Of a stretch of 64,000 nucleotides of DNA, positions 7,461 through 16,332 are shown in pieces. Made by a program: the position numbers and the translations under genes. The stretch covers positions 33,120 through 97,119 of the forward strand of contig JACDEV010000002.1 of NCBI GenBank assembly GCA_013816135.1, in the 5' to 3' direction. Under the pieces are notes generated by a model, which saw only the letters and a list, made by a program, of their open reading frames with translations, had not been told where the DNA came from and made no database searches. Each line of letters starts with the position of its first letter. The stretch's first letter is position 1. The DNA is from Patescibacteria group bacterium (GTDB taxonomy: Bacteria > Patescibacteriota > Minisyncoccia > Phycocordibacterales > DATDWN01).

Positions 7461-9401
7461 ATGGAAAAAGAAGGGAAAGTTTTTACAGGACCTATAAGTA
7501 TCAACACAAAAGGTGTTGGTTTTTTCGATATAGACCCAGGCGACAAAAAAAATGGAACAAGTATTGAGATTCAGCCCCAATTCATAAATAGGGCTTTTCA
7601 TGGAGATATTGTAGAAGTAACCTTAACTGGAGAGAAAATTCGAAATCGCGAGCAAGGCAAAGTAACAAAAATAGTAAAAAGATCAAAGGATGAGTTTGTA
7701 GGATTGATTGAAAAAAAAGAAGGAGCAACCTTTGTCACTCCAGATGACAAGCGTCTGTATGTAGACATCTTTCTTCCTGAAGGGAGCAACGCTCCAGAAG
7801 GAGAAAAAGTCTTAGTCAAAATCACCGATTGGGAAGCCAAAAATCTACAAGGTGAAGTCTTGAAGGTTATTGGTAAAAAAGGCGAAAATAATACAGAAAT
7901 GGAATCTATAGTCTTGGAAAAAGGCTTTAGAATAGAATTCCCCCACTCTGTTGAAGAAGAGGCGGAAAAGATCAAAAGAGAATATAAGAACAACTTTGAA
8001 GACGAGATAAAAAATCGCAGAGATATGCGTGGTGTAACAACAATGACTATCGACCCTGCTGATGCAAAGGACTTTGACGACGCAATTTCATTTGCAGATT
8101 TAGGAAATGACCAATTTGAGATTGGAATTCATATTGCTGATGTATCATATTTTGTTACTCCAGGAACTGAGCTCGATAGAGAATCAGAAAAGAGAGGTTT
8201 ATCTGTATATCTAGTTGATAGAACTATTCCTATGCTTCCTGAAGTCTTATCAAACGATTTGTGTTCACTTAATCCCAATGAAGATAAGTTTACTTTTTCT
8301 GCGGTATTCAAAATGACTGGCGAAGGAAAAGTTCTTGAAGAATGGTTTGGACGAACTGTAATCCACAGTGATAAAAGATTTACATATGAAGATGCAAATG
8401 ACGTAATCATCGGGAAAACAGATGGTCCATACAAGACAGAACTCCTAAAGCTTAACGAGATTGCAAAAAAACTGGAAAAAGCCAAATCCCAAAATGGCGC
8501 AATGAGCTTTGAAACCGAAGAAGTTAAATTTGAACTAGATAAAAATGGAAAACCTCTACGTGTATATAAAAAATCACGACTTGATACTCACAAGCTGGTT
8601 GAAGAATTTATGCTTTTAGCTAATCGCGCTGTGGCAAAGTACGTTTTCATGTCCCAGAATAAAGGATTGATGAAAGATAAAAAACAATCCGTTTACCGTA
8701 TCCATCCTCATCCAGATGTAGATAGAATCCAAAACCTTGCAGTTTTTCTGAAAGCTATGGGTTTTGATCTAAAGAACAAAGATGGAAAAGTAACTTCTGC
8801 GGATTTGAATGCACTACTCAAAGAAGCTAAAGGCACTCCAAACGAAGGCTTAATAAATACTGCAACTGTCCGAAGCATGGCCAAAGCTACTTACTCTACA
8901 AAAAACATCGGACACTTTAGCTTGGCGTTTACTTACTATACTCACTTCACCTCTCCTATCAGACGATATCCTGACGTTTTGGTGCATAGATTTTTGGAAC
9001 GTGAACTTAAAGGTGGAAAAGTGGAACAGAATGAATATGAGAAATTTGAAGCTATTTGCCTAGCTTCATCAGAACTGGAGAAAAAAGCATCTGATGCTGA
9101 ACGCTCTTCAATAAAATATAAACAAGTCGAATATATGACTGAACACATTGGGGAAATCTATGACGGTACGATTACGGGAGTAACTGAATGGGGAATTTAT
9201 ATAGAAGAAAAAGAAACAAAATGCGAAGGTATGGTAAAAACAAGAGACATTGGCGATGACTTCTATGTTCTGGATGAAAAAAACTATACATTGAAAGGAG
9301 AAAAAACTGGAAAAAAATATACTCTGGGAGATTCAGTAAAATTTAAAGTGGTTTCTGCAGATATGGAACGAAGAGTCTTGGATTACGCATTGCTAAGCTA
9401 A
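7461..9401 (+). CDS. rnr: ribonuclease R (RNB exoribonuclease with C-terminal S1 domain)
   Basis: N-terminal cold-shock-like OB fold, RNB catalytic domain (DPADAKDFDDAIS block), C-terminal S1 domain. Confidence 0.9.
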   Translation: MEKEGKVFTGPISINTKGVGFFDIDPGDKKNGTSIEIQPQFINRAFHGDIVEVTLTGEKIRNREQGKVTKIVKRSKDEFVGLIEKKEGATFVTPDDKRLYVDIFLPEGSNAPEGEKVLVKITDWEAKNLQGEVLKVIGKKGENNTEMESIVLEKGFRIEFPHSVEEEAEKIKREYKNNFEDEIKNRRDMRGVTTMTIDPADAKDFDDAISFADLGNDQFEIGIHIADVSYFVTPGTELDRESEKRGLSVYLVDRTIPMLPEVLSNDLCSLNPNEDKFTFSAVFKMTGEGKVLEEWFGRTVIHSDKRFTYEDANDVIIGKTDGPYKTELLKLNEIAKKLEKAKSQNGAMSFETEEVKFELDKNGKPLRVYKKSRLDTHKLVEEFMLLANRAVAKYVFMSQNKGLMKDKKQSVYRIHPHPDVDRIQNLAVFLKAMGFDLKNKDGKVTSADLNALLKEAKGTPNEGLINTATVRSMAKATYSTKNIGHFSLAFTYYTHFTSPIRRYPDVLVHRFLERELKGGKVEQNEYEKFEAICLASSELEKKASDAERSSIKYKQVEYMTEHIGEIYDGTITGVTEWGIYIEEKETKCEGMVKTRDIGDDFYVLDEKNYTLKGEKTGKKYTLGDSVKFKVVSADMERRVLDYALLS

Positions 9402-9407
9402 AAGGAA

Positions 9408-9442
9408 AACCTCGTGACGCTTGTAAACGACACGAGGTTTTG
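9408..9442 (+). terminator. rnr terminator hairpin
   Basis: AACCTCGTG...CACGAGGTT followed by TTTT. Confidence 0.5.
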
Positions 9443-9469
9443 AGCTAAAAGCAAGGTATGCAAATAAAA

Positions 9470-9754
9470 TTAGTGAATGACTGTGTCCCTCTGGCCAATA
9501 TGTGTGTCAATTGACCACCCAGCATTCACACCCGCTCCATTCACTTCACAAACGTTAATTTCGGAACCAACTTCCGGATTAACCCCTCCGTGAAAAGGAG
9601 CCTTAAAAACTTCAAGAACCTTAAAAGTGAGGTGCATCGTCTTCCCTTTCTCGACCTTGCTCTTGAGCCGAACTCTCCAGTGAGCACCATCTTCGTAATA
9701 GTTAGCCTCGTCTCCGACTTCCAGAATGTCTGACTGGTACATGTGTCCCTCCAC
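9470..9754 (-). CDS. hypothetical protein (GC-richer than surroundings)
   Basis: 94-aa ORF. No recognisable motif. Confidence 0.3.
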   Translation of the reverse strand: MEGHMYQSDILEVGDEANYYEDGAHWRVRLKSKVEKGKTMHLTFKVLEVFKAPFHGGVNPEVGSEINVCEVNGAGVNAGWSIDTHIGQRDTVIH

Positions 9755-9856
9755 TTTTAAAACTACAACGACAGCGTGAAAGTGTCAAATTTGGGGAGTC
9801 CGATATTAGAGATTAAAATTATTCAGTTATTTCTCGGACTAAAAGGCAAGAATAAT

Positions 9857-12103
9857 TTACTTTGCTACTGAAACAGCCTCCTCAAAAGCCACTGACAATA
9901 GTTTCGAACCTCCACCCATTCCCATTGTCACTCCATATAATATTCCAGCACGGGACATAGTTTCACGATTGTGAGTAATGACGATAAGCTGAGAATACTT
10001 AGAAAGATTCTCAATCATGTCAGCGTATTTTTTTGAATTAGCTTCATCTAGCGCCGCGTCAGTTTCATCGAGAATAATAAAGGGTGGTGGATTAACTTGA
10101 GAAATTGCAAACAATAAAGCAATGGAGGTTAGTGCTCTTTCACCACCAGAAAGCATCATCAAACCTTTGACTTTTTTCTTTGGCAAATTTACTTCTATCT
10201 CTATTCCCTCCTCTTCTTCTATCATTTCTGGAACTTCAATATCGTCCTCATCTAATGAAAGATCTGTATCTTTTTTCTTCTTTTTAACCGGAACTGTTAC
10301 AGAAAGCTTAGCTTCGCCACCTCCAAACATAACAGCAAAATATTCTTTAAACTGTGTGTTTATCTTATCTAAACCTGTCTTAAACTCCACACTTAATCGC
10401 GTATCAAGATCCTTTATTAACTCAGTTAATGATGAGGCAGATTTTTCTAAGTCTGTAATTTCTTTTTCCAAAAAAGCATCTCTTTCAGTAGCCTCTGTAA
10501 ACTCTTTGACCACATCAGATCCTCCCAGACCTCCAGCATCTTCCAATCGTATTTTTATCTTTTCTATTTTTCTTCGTCGTTCTTCCTGGAGAGTTCTTGC
10601 TTCATTGAAATCAAATGAAAGCGATTGGAACTGGAGAACATGAGTACCAAGAAGCATACCCAGCTCTGTTAGTTCTCTTTTAAAATCCTCTTTAAGAAGT
10701 TTCAAAGTCTCTTCTTCCAAATTCAAACTATGAAGTTTTGAACGAACTTCTTGTGACTCAGCCATGATCCTGAAAACAGCTTTTTCAGCATCTCTATTAG
10801 TATCTTTTTCTTTATCTATTGCTTCCTTCAATTCAGAATATTCTTTGCTAAGTTTATTTTCTCGATTTTTTATTTCTTCAAGTGAATCTTCTATCTGTTT
10901 CTTTGATTCTTTTAGATTTTCAATATCCTTTTGTGCATCTGCAATGAGAGACATATCTATTTTGTCTTTGTTCTGGTCTATAAAGTCAGTCAAAAAAGTC
11001 GATATTACATCCAATGATTTGACTAATTCTTCAATATTTCCTGAATTCTTTACCTGCTTTATTTGATCTTCAATTTTGCTCGATACTTCTTCAACAGATG
11101 AAAGAGTGACTGTCTTGTGATCCAGAGAGTGAGCTACTTCTTCCTGTTTTTTTACCATTCTTGCAAGAGATGATATTTCACCATCAAGCCGACCGAAATC
11201 TCTAAACAACTTATCTTTCTCTTCTCGAGTATCATGAAGAGATTTTTCCAGAGAAATCAGCTTTTCAGATTTTATATCTTTATTCTTTGCTCCTTCTAAT
11301 ACAGCCTTGGCTTCATTTAATTCATTTTCTAATGATTTTTCTTTTTCTAAAAGTGGTGACTTCTCAATATTCAATCTGTTTGTAGTCCTGTTTATATATT
11401 CATCTTCCCGACAACAATATTCCAAAGCTTCTTTCTGTAGTTCTTCCTTCATCTCTATGGTTTTCTGAACTTTCTCAACCTGCTTTTTTAGAAACCGGAT
11501 GTGTGGCATTATCTCTCTGCGGAGAGAACCCACTTGCTCTATGTTTTCGCGAGTCTTTACAAGCTTCCTTTCACTTTCTTGTTTCTTGTATTGATACATC
11601 TTCAATCCTAGTGCTTCCTCAATCATTGATTTTCTTTCCTTGATGGACGCATTCAGAACTCTATCAGCTTCGCCTTGAGAAATTATATGGTGTCCAGAAG
11701 AACCTATGTGAGCGCTAGCTAAAAGTTCAATGACGTCCCTTAGTCTGACCTGTGAGCCATTTATTAGATATTCATTTACAGAATCACGATGAACCACTCT
11801 TTCTATAGTTACTGTCTCAAAATCAAGAGGAAGGAATTTAGAGCTATTATCAAAAACAACCTTGACGCTTGCACGATTTCCTCGAGGCAACTCTCCTGCA
11901 CCATTGAAAATAAGATCTTCTCCTTTTTTGCCACGAAGTGATTTAATTGATTGCTCGCCTAAAACAAATCTAAATGCCTCAGCGATATTTGATTTACCTG
12001 AACCGTTCGGTCCGACAATAGCTGAGACTTTTGAAGAAAAATTAAGCTCGCTTTTTTTGGCGAAAGATTTGAATCCGGAAAGTTCGATACTCTTCAAGTA
12101 CAT
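9857..12103 (-). CDS. smc: SMC-family chromosome partition ATPase, unusually short (748 aa) and apparently hinge-less
   Basis: N-terminal head IELSGFKSFA...VGPNGSGKSNI (Walker A). C-terminal LSGGERALTSIALLFAI...FIILDETDAALD (ABC signature and Walker B). The middle is continuous coiled coil with no hinge-like Gly-rich block. Conserved rnc-smc synteny. Confidence 0.8.
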   Translation of the reverse strand: MYLKSIELSGFKSFAKKSELNFSSKVSAIVGPNGSGKSNIAEAFRFVLGEQSIKSLRGKKGEDLIFNGAGELPRGNRASVKVVFDNSSKFLPLDFETVTIERVVHRDSVNEYLINGSQVRLRDVIELLASAHIGSSGHHIISQGEADRVLNASIKERKSMIEEALGLKMYQYKKQESERKLVKTRENIEQVGSLRREIMPHIRFLKKQVEKVQKTIEMKEELQKEALEYCCREDEYINRTTNRLNIEKSPLLEKEKSLENELNEAKAVLEGAKNKDIKSEKLISLEKSLHDTREEKDKLFRDFGRLDGEISSLARMVKKQEEVAHSLDHKTVTLSSVEEVSSKIEDQIKQVKNSGNIEELVKSLDVISTFLTDFIDQNKDKIDMSLIADAQKDIENLKESKKQIEDSLEEIKNRENKLSKEYSELKEAIDKEKDTNRDAEKAVFRIMAESQEVRSKLHSLNLEEETLKLLKEDFKRELTELGMLLGTHVLQFQSLSFDFNEARTLQEERRRKIEKIKIRLEDAGGLGGSDVVKEFTEATERDAFLEKEITDLEKSASSLTELIKDLDTRLSVEFKTGLDKINTQFKEYFAVMFGGGEAKLSVTVPVKKKKKDTDLSLDEDDIEVPEMIEEEEGIEIEVNLPKKKVKGLMMLSGGERALTSIALLFAISQVNPPPFIILDETDAALDEANSKKYADMIENLSKYSQLIVITHNRETMSRAGILYGVTMGMGGGSKLLSVAFEEAVSVAK

Positions 12104-12198
12104 ATTGTTTTATTATATCAAAAATTGTTAGAAAAAATATAAGTGAAAAGGCATTACGCAGAGCGTAACGCCTTTTTCTCTAGGTATCTACCAGAAGG

Positions 12199-12480
12199 CT
12201 AAATTCTAATGGATGATATAGCTTGTTTGTTACCTGAAAGATGATTAGTGTAAGCTGTCCAGAAAATCTTCAATGCACTTCTGGAACGTCGAATTGCCTC
12301 CACACGTCTTCCCCTACGTTCCAACTCTTCTGCTTCCGACTTCAGTAACAAAGCTGACTCTGGATAAGAAAACTCTGATGCTTCCCCTGCAATTACCAGC
12401 GTTTGCCTGAGTTCTGATAGCTTCGCAGTCACTTCAAACTTCAGCGTTCTCTTCATCTCTTCTCCTAATGTACATACCAA
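12199..12480 (-). CDS. hypothetical protein
   Basis: 93-aa ORF between rnc and smc, GC-richer than surroundings. An imperfect hairpin at 12148-12180 follows. Confidence 0.25.
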   Translation of the reverse strand: MVCTLGEEMKRTLKFEVTAKLSELRQTLVIAGEASEFSYPESALLLKSEAEELERRGRRVEAIRRSRSALKIFWTAYTNHLSGNKQAISSIRI

Positions 12481-12527
12481 GATTGGTATTTTTTTATATA
12501 ATGTCGTGAATTTATACTTAAGTCAAG

Positions 12528-13220
12528 TTACTCCCAACCTCGAGTTTCTAGTGCCCTCTTTGCTGCTCCTTGTTCTGCGTCCTGTTTTGATTCTCCTTCA
12601 CCTGTAGCAACGAGGTCCTTACCTATGTAAACACCAACTGTAAATCTTTTTTCATGATCTGGCCCTGATTCCTTTACGGTTTTATATGAAGGTGTGATAC
12701 CGTCATATTCCTGAGCTTTTTCCTGGAATAATGATTTTGCATCAATGAATGTTTTTTCAGAAATAATAGCTTCAATGAGAGTTGTGAAATTGCGTTCAAT
12801 AAATTTCCTTACAGTGTCATATCCTTGATCAATATATATTGATCCAATCAAAGCTTCTAGTGCATTAGCAAGAATGTATTGCCTCGCACGTCCCACATCT
12901 TTACTTTCACCTTTTGAAAGAAGTAAATAGTCTCCCATATTTAAATTTACAGCGATGGAAGCGCATGTATCAGCATTAACCAATGCTGAACGATAAGCTG
13001 TTAGATCACCTTCGGTTTTGTCCGTATATTTATTGTAAAGAAAATCAGTAATAACAAGTTCCAACACAGCATCTCCTAAAAACTCCAGTCTTTCGTTATG
13101 TGAAAGTCCTGATTGCTTATTTTCATTTATATATGAACGATGAACAAAAGCCTGTTTTAAAACATCTTTATCTTTGAAGGTTACTTCCGCTTTTTTTTCG
13201 AACTCTGCAAAATCAGGCAT
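12528..13220 (-). CDS. rnc: ribonuclease III
   Basis: RNase III signature ERLEFLGDAVLELVITDFLY plus a C-terminal dsRBD. Confidence 0.9.
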   Translation of the reverse strand: MPDFAEFEKKAEVTFKDKDVLKQAFVHRSYINENKQSGLSHNERLEFLGDAVLELVITDFLYNKYTDKTEGDLTAYRSALVNADTCASIAVNLNMGDYLLLSKGESKDVGRARQYILANALEALIGSIYIDQGYDTVRKFIERNFTTLIEAIISEKTFIDAKSLFQEKAQEYDGITPSYKTVKESGPDHEKRFTVGVYIGKDLVATGEGESKQDAEQGAAKRALETRGWE

Positions 13221-13235
13221 ATGAAGTAGTGGATT

Positions 13236-14147
13236 TTAGGCTTTTTTTAATAACAAATTGATTGCTTTGGTCACGAGTGGAAGGATATCATTATAGAAGT
13301 TTAGGTCAAGTATGTCAGCTAATTTGAACCATTTTGCATCATCTAGCCCACCTTTCTGCTCAACGACTATATCTTTATATTGTGATTCTGCCAAAAAGTA
13401 AACTACATGTTTTCTAGTCTTGCCTTTTTCAGGGTGGTAAGCAATGTATTCGTTTTCACCAAGTTTCTCTTTAATCTCAATATCGAGTCCGAGTTCCTCT
13501 TTTATTTCACGGATAGTTCCTTCCTCAATAGTTTCATTGGCAACTTCAGGACTATCACCTATTTTTCCTTTTGAAAGTGTCCACCTCCCGAAAACATCGT
13601 GTACTAATGCAAGATAAATATCTTCTCCATCTTTGGCATAGACAACTGCTCCGCCTAATTTTTCATTATGGACCACAGCACCATTTGCAATCTTATTTTT
13701 TGTCTTGGAAGTTTCGTCCTTGCCTGGCTCGCCAAGTTCTTTGTATACAGCACCCAATACTCCGTTAACAAACTTACTTGATGTGTCTCCTCCAAAAGCT
13801 TTGGATAATTCAATTGCTTCATTGATAGCCACCTTAGGAGGAACTTGTGATCGGTCGGCAAAAAGCAGTTCGTACAATCCTATACGCAAAATATTTCTAT
13901 CTATTATATTGATTTTATCCATTGGCCAATCAGGAGCAGCTTTAACAATAATCAAATCAATATCTTTTTGTTTACCTAAAACTCCCTTGAGCAAAGTTTC
14001 CATAAAGGAAAAATCTCCCAAACCGGGAGCAAATTCCTCTGCATTACGCGCAAAAATTTCCATAGCCTGATCAGAATTTCGTGAACCGAAATCCCATTCA
14101 AATAGTGTCTGCAATATTATTGATCTGGAAAGGTGCCGGTTTGCCAT
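13236..14147 (-). CDS. nusB: NusB-like antitermination domain fused to a C-terminal Nudix hydrolase domain
   Basis: The N-terminal ~140 aa are a NusB fold (LFEWDF...FVNGVLGAV). The C-terminal half carries the Nudix box GX5EX7REIKEELGL. Confidence 0.75.
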   Translation of the reverse strand: MANRHLSRSIILQTLFEWDFGSRNSDQAMEIFARNAEEFAPGLGDFSFMETLLKGVLGKQKDIDLIIVKAAPDWPMDKINIIDRNILRIGLYELLFADRSQVPPKVAINEAIELSKAFGGDTSSKFVNGVLGAVYKELGEPGKDETSKTKNKIANGAVVHNEKLGGAVVYAKDGEDIYLALVHDVFGRWTLSKGKIGDSPEVANETIEEGTIREIKEELGLDIEIKEKLGENEYIAYHPEKGKTRKHVVYFLAESQYKDIVVEQKGGLDDAKWFKLADILDLNFYNDILPLVTKAINLLLKKA

Positions 14148-14340
14148 AATTAAGTGGTTCTAATTCCTAGAAATAGCATACCAAAAAATAAATTCTTAGT
14201 CTAGGGTAGTAACAATCAACTTAAACTTTCAAATTTGAGTGAAATCCGAGGCGGATAAGGAAAAGAACTGGAGACGTATAGTAATACGTTGACAGGTATT
14301 TTCTGAAATCCAACGACGGAGTTCGCCAAATTTGAAAGTT

Positions 14341-14568
14341 TTATCTACCTTCCTTCTTTGCTGCTTGAGCTTTTTTGTTGCGCTTTGTAATCTTTGCCTG
14401 AACATCTATTACCTGTCTGCCTTTGTACAATCCAGTTACAAGTGATGCTCGGTGTCGAAGATGAGGAACGTTTGTGCTTTTATCTACAGTTACTGCAGGA
14501 GAAGATAAGCCATCGTGAGATCGCCTGTTGTTTCTATGACTTTTGGTGCTACGCATTCTTACTACCAT
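14341..14568 (-). CDS. rpmF: 50S ribosomal protein L32
   Basis: RRSHDGLSSPAVTVDKSTNVPHLRHRASL...GLYKGRQVI matches the L32 consensus. The true start may be the downstream Met (14556). Confidence 0.8.
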   Translation of the reverse strand: MVVRMRSTKSHRNNRRSHDGLSSPAVTVDKSTNVPHLRHRASLVTGLYKGRQVIDVQAKITKRNKKAQAAKKEGR

Positions 14569-14631
14569 AATGTGAATACATTACATTAAAGCCTCAGAAA
14601 AATCAACTCACTTACATAAACTATTCATATA

Positions 14632-14660
14632 TAAAAAAACCGCCGATAAAATCGGGGTTC
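14632..14660 (-). terminator. rho-independent terminator after the Nudix gene
   Basis: Minus-strand hairpin AACCCCGATTTTATCGGCGG followed by 7 T. A 13-bp inverted repeat AGGTCTCATGAGG/CCTCATGAGACCT (14661-14700) overlaps the Nudix stop codon. Confidence 0.6.
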
Positions 14661-14681
14661 GAGGTCTCATGAGGTAATTAC

Positions 14682-15140
14682 TTATTTCCTCATGAGACCT
14701 AAGTGCTGTAATGCCTTTAGCAAGGCCATCTGATGGGTTCGAAAAACTTTTTTGATAGCTTCCTCATCACTTATCCAGTAGGGAGAGGAAAGACGATCCG
14801 TACCATCTAGAATTTCATGCATTCTTATCTTTCCTTCCAAATCCTCTTCCTTAATAAGGTAAAAGAACATTGGAAAGTTCTCAACGACTACATGAATTTC
14901 TTCTGGAACAACAGCAGGCTTTAACCTTAGACCTGTTTCTTCCCATAACTCCCTACGCATCGTGAGAACAGGAGTTCTTTCTTTTTTTCTTTTTTTACGC
15001 CCACCGCCTGGAAATTTGGTTTGTGTGGGTTTCTTCGAGTATCTGGAATCGACACTTTTACTGTCGATTACCAAAACCTCTAATCTACCCTTACAAAATC
15101 TCCAAACAATGGCTCCTGCCCAACCTTTGAGCCATTCCAC
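14682..15140 (-). CDS. Nudix hydrolase
   Basis: Nudix box GGGRKKRKKERTPVLTMRRELWEETGL. Confidence 0.8.
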   Translation of the reverse strand: MEWLKGWAGAIVWRFCKGRLEVLVIDSKSVDSRYSKKPTQTKFPGGGRKKRKKERTPVLTMRRELWEETGLRLKPAVVPEEIHVVVENFPMFFYLIKEEDLEGKIRMHEILDGTDRLSSPYWISDEEAIKKVFRTHQMALLKALQHLGLMRK

Positions 15141-15223
15141 ATAGTTACCTCTTTCCTTTCTTATGGTTTGTACTTTATATAATCCCTAATTGCATCCTAC
15201 AATGGTTTATTAAAAACGTCAAC

Positions 15224-15838
15224 TCAACCAATAGATATTTTTAGGTTTCGACAAAAAGTCCTTCGGTGTAGTTCTGATATTCCATGCAATTCAATCAAGG
15301 ACCTATGTCCCTTTGTTCCGTAACCTTTGTGACTATCAAATCCATAAACTGGAAACTTTTTTGAGAGTTGGCACATCAATTTATCCCTTGATACTTTGGC
15401 TAGTATAGAAGCCCACGCTATAATCTTTTCCTTTTCATCACCCTTGATAATTGTTTGCTGATCCAAAAATTCATCAGGAGCTTTAAGGTTTCCATCCAGA
15501 AGAACTCGACAATTCTTTGCATCAAAGCCTAGTTTTTTCAAACTAGAGGACATAGCCTTTTTTATTGCGAAAACTATTCCTTGAGAATCTATAGTTTTGT
15601 TTCCTATATGAGTTACTGCATAAAAAATTTTACCTTCTTTTGAAAAAGACTTCAAAATTTTATCGAATTTATTTCTCTCCTCTGGTTTTAATTTTTTACT
15701 ATCCTTACCTACAACAGGGAGATATTTGGAATTCTTAAGTTTCCGATAGATTTTATATTCACAAGCAACTACACAGACTGAAACTGGACCTCCCAATGGT
15801 CCCTTGCCGACTTCATCTATTCCCAAAATCATTTTCAT
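15224..15838 (-). CDS. rnhB: ribonuclease HII
   Basis: ILGIDEVGKGPLGGPV N-terminal catalytic motif. Confidence 0.9.
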   Translation of the reverse strand: MKMILGIDEVGKGPLGGPVSVCVVACEYKIYRKLKNSKYLPVVGKDSKKLKPEERNKFDKILKSFSKEGKIFYAVTHIGNKTIDSQGIVFAIKKAMSSSLKKLGFDAKNCRVLLDGNLKAPDEFLDQQTIIKGDEKEKIIAWASILAKVSRDKLMCQLSKKFPVYGFDSHKGYGTKGHRSLIELHGISELHRRTFCRNLKISIG

Positions 15839-15910
15839 CCCACAATATTAACATGAAGATTTTTGTATATGAAAAATCGTCCCGCGCACAACGCTTGGAC
15901 GATTTTATAT

Positions 15911-16240
15911 CTAGAATGAATATGTCTTAAGTACTCTATCCACTTTCTCCTTGAATTCCTCACACGGTGTGAGTTGTGCAAGATTAGGACTCTGAAGAAG
16001 CGGGATTTCATCGTTTGCAACTCGGGCGGTTCGATTTTCAGTCTGTTCTCGAAGAAGGACAAGGTCTAAGGCCGCTTGGGTAATTTCGTAAACCGACTGT
16101 GGTTGCCAATTCTTGTAGCTGACTTCCAACTTGCCTGCCGGATTTCGCCGACGATTCCGATTCACCACTTCTTTCAAGTGATTTTCTGCTGCTTCTAGAT
16201 CGGACACATCAGCACGGAGATCTTGACTTGTTTCGAACAT
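15911..16240 (-). CDS. hypothetical protein (GC-richer than surroundings)
   Basis: 109-aa ORF upstream of rnhB on the same strand. Confidence 0.3.
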   Translation of the reverse strand: MFETSQDLRADVSDLEAAENHLKEVVNRNRRRNPAGKLEVSYKNWQPQSVYEITQAALDLVLLREQTENRTARVANDEIPLLQSPNLAQLTPCEEFKEKVDRVLKTYSF

Positions 16241-16332
16241 TTGGACCTCAAGGTTAGTTTATTTCTTAGAAGAATATAGTGAAAAAAGCTCCCAATGTCA
16301 ATATAAAGAAAAGGTAGTGTCACATGATATAA

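Noticed and set aside
7598-8485. Minus-strand ORFs inside rnr
   Set aside because: They are antisense shadows of a well-supported rnr gene.
10122-11066. Plus-strand ORFs inside smc
   Set aside because: Antisense to the smc coiled-coil region. Ser/Phe-rich low-complexity translations.
13571-14070. ORFs on both strands inside the NusB-Nudix gene
   Set aside because: Shadow ORFs. The NusB and Nudix motifs are both in the long minus-strand frame.
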